From positions 1-33,068 of the forward strand of contig NW_021836046.1 in NCBI RefSeq assembly GCF_006345805.1: a stretch of 33,068 nt of DNA. Reading direction: 5' to 3'. The position numbers and the translations under genes are program-made. Shown here in pieces: positions 25,939 through 33,068 of the stretch. Origin of the DNA: Octopus sinensis. Taxonomy: Eukaryota. The stretch's first letter is position 1. Each line of letters opens with the position of its first letter. The notes under the pieces were generated by a model, which did not search any database, was not told where the DNA came from, and worked only from the letters and a program-made list of their open reading frames with translations.

Positions 25939-25939
<1 letters not shown>
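25758..25939. mobile_element. Inverted (Penelope-like) remnant with an HHR core on the minus strand
   Basis: Arms 25758-25810 / 25826-25872. Minus strand 25825-25798 reads CTGATGA t-ttc-tttt-gaa-t GAAA CAGTT. Confidence 0.7.
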
Positions 25940-26009
<70 letters not shown>

Positions 26010-26100
26010 GACTGCTTCTTTCAGTTTCGGTCAACCAAATCCACTCACAAGGCTTTGGTCGGCCCCAGGCTATAGTAGAAGACACTTGCCAAAGGTGTCA

Positions 26101-26305
26101 TGCCGGGAATAATGCTTAGCGGCATTTCGTCCGTCTTTACATTCTGAGTTCAAATTCCGCCGAGGTCGAGTTTGCCTTTCATCCTTTTGGGGTCGAATAA
26201 ATTAAATAAGTACCAGTTACGCACTGACGTCAATATAATCGACACACCCTCTTTTCCCCACCCCTAAAATTTCAGGCCTTGTACCCATAGTAGAAAAGAT
26301 TATTA
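26101..26305 (+). mobile_element. SINE family C variant with alternative tail
   Basis: Meta-like core followed by ccctaaaatttcaggccttgtacccatagtagaaaagattatt. Confidence 0.8.
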
Positions 26306-26334
26306 TTCTTATTGTTGCTATTGTTGCTATTGTT

Positions 26335-26797
26335 TAAGGGTTCACACTTGCAGAATCGTTACCACGTCGGACAAAAAGTGCTTGGCAATATTTTGTCCGT
26401 CTACTGGTTCTGATTTCAAACGTCGCTAAGACCATCTTCGTCTTTCAACTTTTCAAGTGCAGTAAAATAAATACCTATTTCTTTACTACCCACAAGGGGC
26501 TAAACACAGAGGGGACAAGCAAGGACAAACAAACGGATTAAGTCGATTACATCGACCCCAGTGCGTAACTGGTACTTAATTTATCGACTCCAAAAGGATG
26601 AAAGGCAAAGTCGACCTCGGCGGAATTTGAACTCAGAACGTAGCGGCAGACGAAATACTGCTAAGCATTTCGCCCGGCGTGCTAACGTTTCTGCCGCAAT
26701 AAAATAAATACCAGTTGTGTACTGGGGTCGATGTGATCGACTAGCTTCCCCTCCCCTAAAATTTTTACGTCCTGTACCTATAGTATAAAGGATTATT
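26335..26797 (+). mobile_element. Old family C variant SINE split by a younger copy
   Basis: Halves at 26335-26475 and 26700-26797. Confidence 0.7.
26476..26699 (-). mobile_element. SINE family C young copy
   Basis: 13-bp TSD taaaataaatacc at 26463-26475 and 26700-26712. Confidence 0.9.
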
Positions 26798-27202
26798 GTT
26801 GTTGTTATTGTTAGAGAATTCTTCGTTTTCGTCTGATTTCTTTGTTGTTTTTGGTGCTGCAATTGAGGATGTTATTATTTCTCATTCTCCTTCTTATTTT
26901 CTTCTATCTCTCCTCTTTTACCTTCTCCTCCTCCCCATCATCATCATCGTCATCATTCTCAGAAAACATTCCTGATATTTCCTGAATTTCGTCAAAATCA
27001 ACTTACGGCAAACCTCATAGGCGTTTGTCCCCCTGCCAAACCAAATCTAACGTTAAACAAAACTACCCCCACAAAACATTGTTTTATTACTCAATACTAT
27101 AGCTTCTTATGGCATCTTATAGCTTCACCAACTACCTGTAGACTATTCCTATCCGTTTGATCCTACACAATACTTCTGCTTGCTTTCTTTCGTTTCAAAA
27201 TA

Positions 27203-27739
27203 TTGGGTTATCCGGAAAGTTCGTACCGATTTTTAAAGGAAAGAAAAAGGTCAATAAATATTTGCCATTACATTTTTAATCAACCAGATACCTTCTTCCC
27301 AGAATTGAAAATACCCTCTTCCCAGAATTGAGGTGGTTTTATGACAAAGAATTCATGAAGGTATCTTTTTATGTCATCCAAGGAATTGAAATTTTTACCA
27401 TTAAGTCTATTCTGCAGAGACCTCAATAAGTGGAAATCCGAAGGAGCAATATCTGGTGAATATGGAGGGTAGGGTAACACATCCCAGCCGAGCTGCAGCA
27501 ATTTTTGTCTGGTTCCCAAAGCATCAAGTGTCGAAAATGAACTTTCTTATCTCCCATTTTAAAGGGTTACAGAATTAACACAGGTTATAGGAACATAGAC
27601 CTTCTTCCATGAAAAGATAGCTTAGACTGAGCCCTAAATGGAGGTGTAGTCAAATCCTATTTTATGGACTCAACCATGTTCTAAAATAAATCGAAAGGTA
27701 AGCTACTATAAATCGGCACGAACTTTCCGGACAACCCAA
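27203..27739 (-). mobile_element. Internally deleted mariner with both TIRs and TA TSDs
   Basis: TIRs ttgggttatccggaaagttcgtaccgattt / aaatcggcacgaactttccggacaacccaa. GWDVLPYPPYSPDIAPSDFHL motif. Confidence 0.95.
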
Positions 27740-27860
27740 TAGTTATTTATATTTTATTTTCTCGAACTATGCTCCTGGCTATATGGCTGATGGGAAAGTA
27801 GATTTTAGCTATTAGATGAAAATTCAAAAATATCCATACAAGCATTAAAAAAAACCCTAA

Positions 27861-28150
27861 CATTCCGTCGTTTACGACGATGTGTGTTCCAATCGATCCG
27901 ATCAACGAAATAGTCCGCTCGTGAAATTAAAGTGCAACTGGCTGAGTACTCCACAGACATGCGTACCCTTAACGTAGTTTTCAAGGAGATTCAGCGTAAC
28001 ACTGAATGTGACAATGCTGATCCTTTGAATTAAAAGTACGATTCATTTTTACTATTAGAGTGGAATGGAATAACGTGAAATAAGGTATTCTGCTCAAGGA
28101 TACAGTGCGCCGTCAGGAATCGAACCCACTACCTAACGAAGCGGATGATT
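27861..28150 (-). mobile_element. SINE with a different (CORE-like) head and tail X
   Basis: 27861-28030 is the reverse complement of ~2245-2415. Head has ggttcgattcc and tccttgagcag. Confidence 0.8.
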
Positions 28151-28271
28151 CACTCAGTCTCCTCTGAAAATTTTCGAACAGATGACAAATAGACGAAGGA
28201 GAGAAATGAGAGCTGACTGCTCCTAATCACTAAGCCACGCCACTTCATCCCCATACAACATAGAAACAATA

Positions 28272-28466
28272 TGGCGCAGTGGTTAAGAGCGCGAGTTACT
28301 AACCCAAAGATTCGGAGTTCGATTCCAGGTAGTGACTTATTATTATTATTATTAAAGTCAAACAACTGACAAGCAAATCTGTGGCATTGAGCAAAATATT
28401 TGCTGTAGCCCATTTTTATTATTATTATTATTACTATTATCACTATTATTATTATTATTACTATTA

Positions 28467-28518
<52 letters not shown>

Positions 28519-28738
28519 CATCATCATCATCATCATCATCATTATTATTATTATAACATCGAAAAATACCTCAGGAATGAGAACACAGGTCCGAAATTTC
28601 CCCAAGACACCTGATGAAGGCTGGAGGGTATATCAGCCGAAACGTTGTGTTGACAACAAACAAGATGAGGACAAATATCCGTCAAATGTAAATAGTGTAA
28701 ATAATGTACATAATTCCCCATCTCTTAAATATAGAACT
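28272..28738 (+). mobile_element. SINE family D: tRNA-like head, microsatellite, HHR-containing tail
   Basis: A box tggcgcagtgg, B box gagttcgattcc, (TTA)n, tail at 28553-28738. Confidence 0.8.
28606..28651 (+). ncRNA. Minimal type I hammerhead ribozyme motif
   Basis: gacac CTGATGA a ggctgg-agggtata-tcagcc GAAA CGTT^ gtgtt. Palindromic AACGTT stem III. Confidence 0.8.
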
Positions 28739-28829
28739 ATAAAAAACAATACAGATTGGTATGGAATCTATTAGCATACTCTGTAATTAAAGATTCGAAA
28801 TAACCGTGTAGATAAGTAAAGCGCTAGAG

Positions 28830-31318
28830 CAGTCATGGGCATCCTGTGGCCCACGAAGATTTCTGAATGGCTCACCTAAATTTGAAACGAAAAAAATTGC
28901 CATCGTCAGACAACTGTATAATTTTCAAAGTGCCTCAGAGTCGATCCACAGCAATCCAAATATTCAAGACCGTATTGATTTAATGTTCAATTTCTGATTC
29001 CAATGTTTATAATGACTTGTGATAGTTCAGCGACTGTCAACACACGTGATATTCGTGTAACGTTGTCAAGCAGGATTAATGGAATTTTCAAAGAATTAGT
29101 GTGCAAAATGCTGTGTTTTTTTTTTTTGGGAATTTTAATTTTTGATGTCTAAGCTAATGGCTTTATTCCCAAAAAAAGAATGATTTCCGAAGAAATGAGA
29201 ACATTCCAGGAAAGCTGGACAAATGATTATTTATTTCATGACGTAAAAAACAAAACAATATGTTTAGTATGTCTCCACTTTATGCAGCGAGCTGGCAGAA
29301 ACGTTAGCACGCCGGTCGAACTGCGTAGCCGTATTTCGTCTGCCGTTACGTTCTGAGTTCGAATTCCACCGAGGTTGACCTGGCCTTTCATCCTTTCGGG
29401 GTCGATAATTTAAGTACCAGTTACGCACTGGGGTCGATATAATCGACTTAATCCGTGTGTCTGTCTTTGTTTGTTCTCTCTGTGTTTAGCCCCTTGTGGG
29501 TAGTAAAGCAATAAGTAATTCGTCTGTCGTAACGTTCTGAGTTCAAATTCTGCCGAGGTCAACCTGGCCTTTCATCCTTTCGGGATCGATAAATTAAGTA
29601 CCAGTTACGCACTGGGGTTGATGTAATCGACTTAATCCCTTTGTCTGTCCTTGCTTGTCTCCTCTATGTTTAGCCCCTTGTGGGCAATAAAGAAATATAT
29701 TTTAATGCGTAGCCGTATGAAGGCAGCGAGCTGGCAGAAACGTTAGCACGCCGGGCGAAATGCGTAGCCGTATTTCGTCTTAGAAGAACTTGAATCAGAG
29801 TATGGTAACCTTGTTTACTACTGTGCAGCTCGTTGGCTAAGTAAGGGGAAGATGTTTCGACGATTTTATAGCCTGCGAGAAGAGGTGTGTACCTTCTTAG
29901 AAAAAAAGGGTAAATTTGTTCCGGAGCTGAAAAATGATAACTGGATTTGTGAACTTGCATTCCTCGTGGAGATAATAACACATTTAAATGATTTAAATTT
30001 AAAATTGCAAAAGCAAAATCAGTTAATCCATGAGATGTATTCCCATGTCAAAGCTTTTCAAGCAAAACTTCAAATTTAGGAGAATCAACTCAGGATTGGT
30101 GATGCTTTTCATTTCCCCATTCGCGGGTCAACATCTAGATATGATGATTTTGCTGCAGAGCTTAAATGACCTGAAAAAATTGAACTGAACACCAGATTTA
30201 ATGACTTTAATCTTTTCAGAAATTTCTTTAACGCTGATGGGGAAAAAGTTCGGAAGGAATTGCAAATGGATCTAATTGAGTTTTCAGAGTGATGAATTCC
30301 TTCGGCAAAAATTTAAAGAGGAATCATTTAATGCATTTTTATATGGAACTCTACCCGAAGAAAACTGCTTGAAATTAGTGTGCTTTGCTAGAAGATATAC
30401 CACCATGTTTGTTAGTACGTATAAATGCGAACAACTCTTTTCTAGAACGAAAATAATAAAGTCGAGAACCAGGTCAGGATTGACTGATATTCATCTGGAA
30501 GGCAACTTACGAGTCGCAACATCGCAAATTCTTGTAAACATTGAGAAACTCACAGAAAATGCACAATACCAGGTTTCTCATTAAAATTAGTAAATTATTC
30601 CTATTAACATCAATAACAAATGGCTGATAAATACGATTTTATTTGTCTGTATTTTGTTAAGCATGGTGTGTGGCGTAGTCGAACTATTTTCATCGTCTGT
30701 ACTGCTCTATTTTATTCTTTTGTTATACTTCAGGTAAATTAATTTGTTTTTCAAATTCTTTCCTTTTTTCTATTTTTTAGTTTCTTTCCTTTATCATAGA
30801 TAGATAACGCGTAATGTTAAATGCACATATCTTAATTCTTTTTAATTGTTTGTTTACATCTTTTAAGCATTTTCCCTAAGTACAATAGCTTGAAACGGTT
30901 CGACTGAACCACATACGTAACAATGACTAAGTACTATATTTCTTGAATTTTGCAACCTTTCGTTGAAAGTAAGGTTTTCGGTATTTAAAAATATTGGCGG
31001 ATATTTACATGTTTTGTTCCAAAAACAAAACGTTCATAATAATTCTTTTCTCCGGAGAAATATTTTTGGCGCTAATTAACATATCAGAATAATAAAATCT
31101 ACGATGAAATGTAAATAAAACCTTTCTGATGTTTTTACCTCAACTTTTCATTTGTAATTTATGTTTCTATCATAAACAACATGCACGAATTCTGGAAAAA
31201 ATAGATCAGAACAACCTGAGTTACCACTCTTTTTTAATGTGGGCACGAATGTAAATTAGCGCTTGCGGCCCGCTTAATTATGAGACATATCTCATGCAAG
31301 AAAGGTTGCCCATGTCTG
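28830..31318 (+). mobile_element. hAT (Charlie/SPIN/GTF2IRD2-like) transposon, decayed
   Basis: TIRs cagtcatgggcatcct / aggttgcccatgtctg. 8-bp TSD cgctagag/tgctagag. RWLSKGK, LAFLVEIITHLNDLNLKLQ and STYKCEQLFS..RSGLTD motifs at 29782-30584. Confidence 0.93.
29284..29780 (+). mobile_element. Cluster of family C SINEs (full, partial tandem, head) inside the hAT ORF
   Basis: Units at 29284-29514, 29515-29696 and 29721-29780. Confidence 0.9.
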
Positions 31319-31460
31319 TGCTAGAGCTTAAAATGGCGTGATGCATTGTCATTCAAGTGCATACTAAACTGACGTTAGTTGAATACAAATTTTCTTAAAG
31401 AGAGATTCAAATTTTAAAAAGGAAATCATAGCATATACGAACAGTGGTAGATCTATTTTG

Positions 31461-31902
31461 TAGGCGGCGAGCTGGCATTAAGGCGGCGAGCTGGCAGAAA
31501 CGTTAGCACGCCGGGCGAAATGCTTAGTCGGTATTTCGTCTGCGTTACGTTGTGAGTTCAAATTCCGCCGAGGTCGGCTTTGCCTTTCATCCTTTCGCGG
31601 TCGATAAATTAAGTACCAGTTACGCACTGGGGTCGATGTAATCGACTTAATACCTATGTCTGTCCTTGTTTGTCCCCTCTGTGTTTAGCCCCTTGTGGGT
31701 AATAAAGAAATAGAAATAGGTATTTCGTCTGCCGTTACGTTCTGAGTTCAAATTCCACCGAGGTCGACTTTGCCTTTCATCCTTTCGCGGTCGATAAATT
31801 AAGTACCAGTTACGCACTGGGGTCGATGTAATTGACTTAATCTGTTTGTCTGTCCTTGTTTGTCCTCTCTGTGTTTAGCCCCTTGTGGGTAATAAAGAAA
31901 TA
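31461..31902 (+). mobile_element. Family C SINE with partial tandem duplication, single insertion
   Basis: 15-bp TSD ggtagat(c/g)tattttg at 31446-31460 and 31903-31917. Confidence 0.92.
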
Positions 31903-32387
31903 GGTAGATGTATTTTGAAATAGAAACAGAACCATCCCCACGCGACGTAATTAATCTTCTAGCGTGACGTCATCGCGATGGATACATAACACGCTGTCGC
32001 AGCACAGATTTTCAAGTAATTACAGAACCAACTGCTAATAACAAAACAACACTTCATTAGATATCAACCATATGGATAATTAACATACATTAATAATTGA
32101 GAAACGTTAATTAGTGAAAGAAAACAGTGTTGCTAATAATACAAGCTATATTGAAAGTGAGCGGCGAATGGTTATTCAGTTACGGGTAATATACGTGCGG
32201 GTTGGTAAAGTAGATAATCTCGGATATGGGGTTGGGGTTTTGAGGGTGCGCAGATGTATGAGGCAGGATTCAGTTACTCTGTTCTTGTGATATCTATGAT
32301 GAAGAATATGATAGTAGTGTGTTGGCTGCAGTATAGAGACGTATTACTCACGAACGAGGATACTTTGGCAGCATACTCTATGCACTG

Positions 32388-32698
32388 TTTACTCTTTTAC
32401 TCTTTTACTTGTTTCAGTCATTTGACTGTGGCCATGCTGGAGTACCGCCTTTAGCCGAGCAATTCGACCCCAGGACTTATTCTTTGTAAGCATAGTAGTT
32501 ATTCTGTCGGTCTCTTTTGCCGAACCGCTACCTTACGGGGATGTAAACGTACCAGCATCGGTGGTCAAGCGATGTTGGGGAAAACAAACACAGACGCACA
32601 AACATATACACACACATACATACATACATATATATACATATATACGAAGGGCTACTTTCAGTTTCCGTCTACCAAATCCTCTCACAAGGCCTTAGTCG
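32388..32698 (-). mobile_element. SINE family A copy, head truncated
   Basis: Matches 15160-15520. Confidence 0.9.
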
Positions 32699-32830
32699 AC
32701 ATTTTTTCGGCCATCTCAGAAACGTCTGAACCACTCGTACACTTGTAGGCGACTCATACACTCCTCTCCATAAACTTTCTGCAAATTTGCGTCGGCCTCT
32801 GAGAAGATATCGCCATCAAAACTTTCATTG
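32698..32830 (-). pseudogene. mariner transposase N-terminal HTH fragment
   Basis: NLQKVYGEECMSRLQVYEWFRRF*DGR. Confidence 0.8.
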
Positions 32831-33068
32831 CGACAATCACACGCTACACATGTTCCTTCCGGGCACTGCTGTAAACAGCAGAAGAGCGCTACAACATTAA
32901 AACATATAATGTATATATATATATATATACAATTTGTATATGCCACAATTTGTATATGTCTTTGCATATGGGTATGTGTGTGTGATTGTATATATGTTAA
33001 TGTTTTATATAAATATATACATTCATATCTATTTACCTATGTAACTAAGTATCTATCTATCTATCTAT

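Larger units (their letters stand above)
25222..26100 (-). mobile_element. SINE family A copy with nested insertions
   Basis: Tail at 25222-25440 and head part at 26008-26100. Confidence 0.85.

Noticed and set aside
31964-31971. CRE site TGACGTCA in an imperfect hairpin
   Set aside because: A single 8-mer with no associated gene start, so chance occurrence is plausible.

Overview
Eukaryotic, AT-rich, microsatellite-saturated intergenic or intronic DNA. The SINE repertoire suggests an octopus or other cephalopod (inference). There is no intact protein-coding gene, and almost all listed ORFs are simple-repeat artefacts. The window holds decayed transposons (Tigger/pogo, Tc1, maT-like, mariner, hAT-Charlie, Merlin-like and piggyBac-like MITEs, R4/Dong, CR1 and RTE LINE pieces) and many tRNA-derived SINEs of three main families. 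The main signal is a set of small non-coding elements with minimal type I hammerhead ribozyme (HHR) motifs and Penelope-style head-to-head inversions, sitting in (TA)n or (AAT)n tracts. These are: (1) a ~359-nt, rod-folding, circularly permuted retrozyme-like multimer at 15617-16424; (2) a tRNA-headed SINE with an HHR in its tail at 28272-28738, with a second copy at 9015-9183; (3) an inverted HHR remnant at 25758-25939; and (4) a weaker candidate at 9454-9645. All structures were read by eye and none has been computed or tested.
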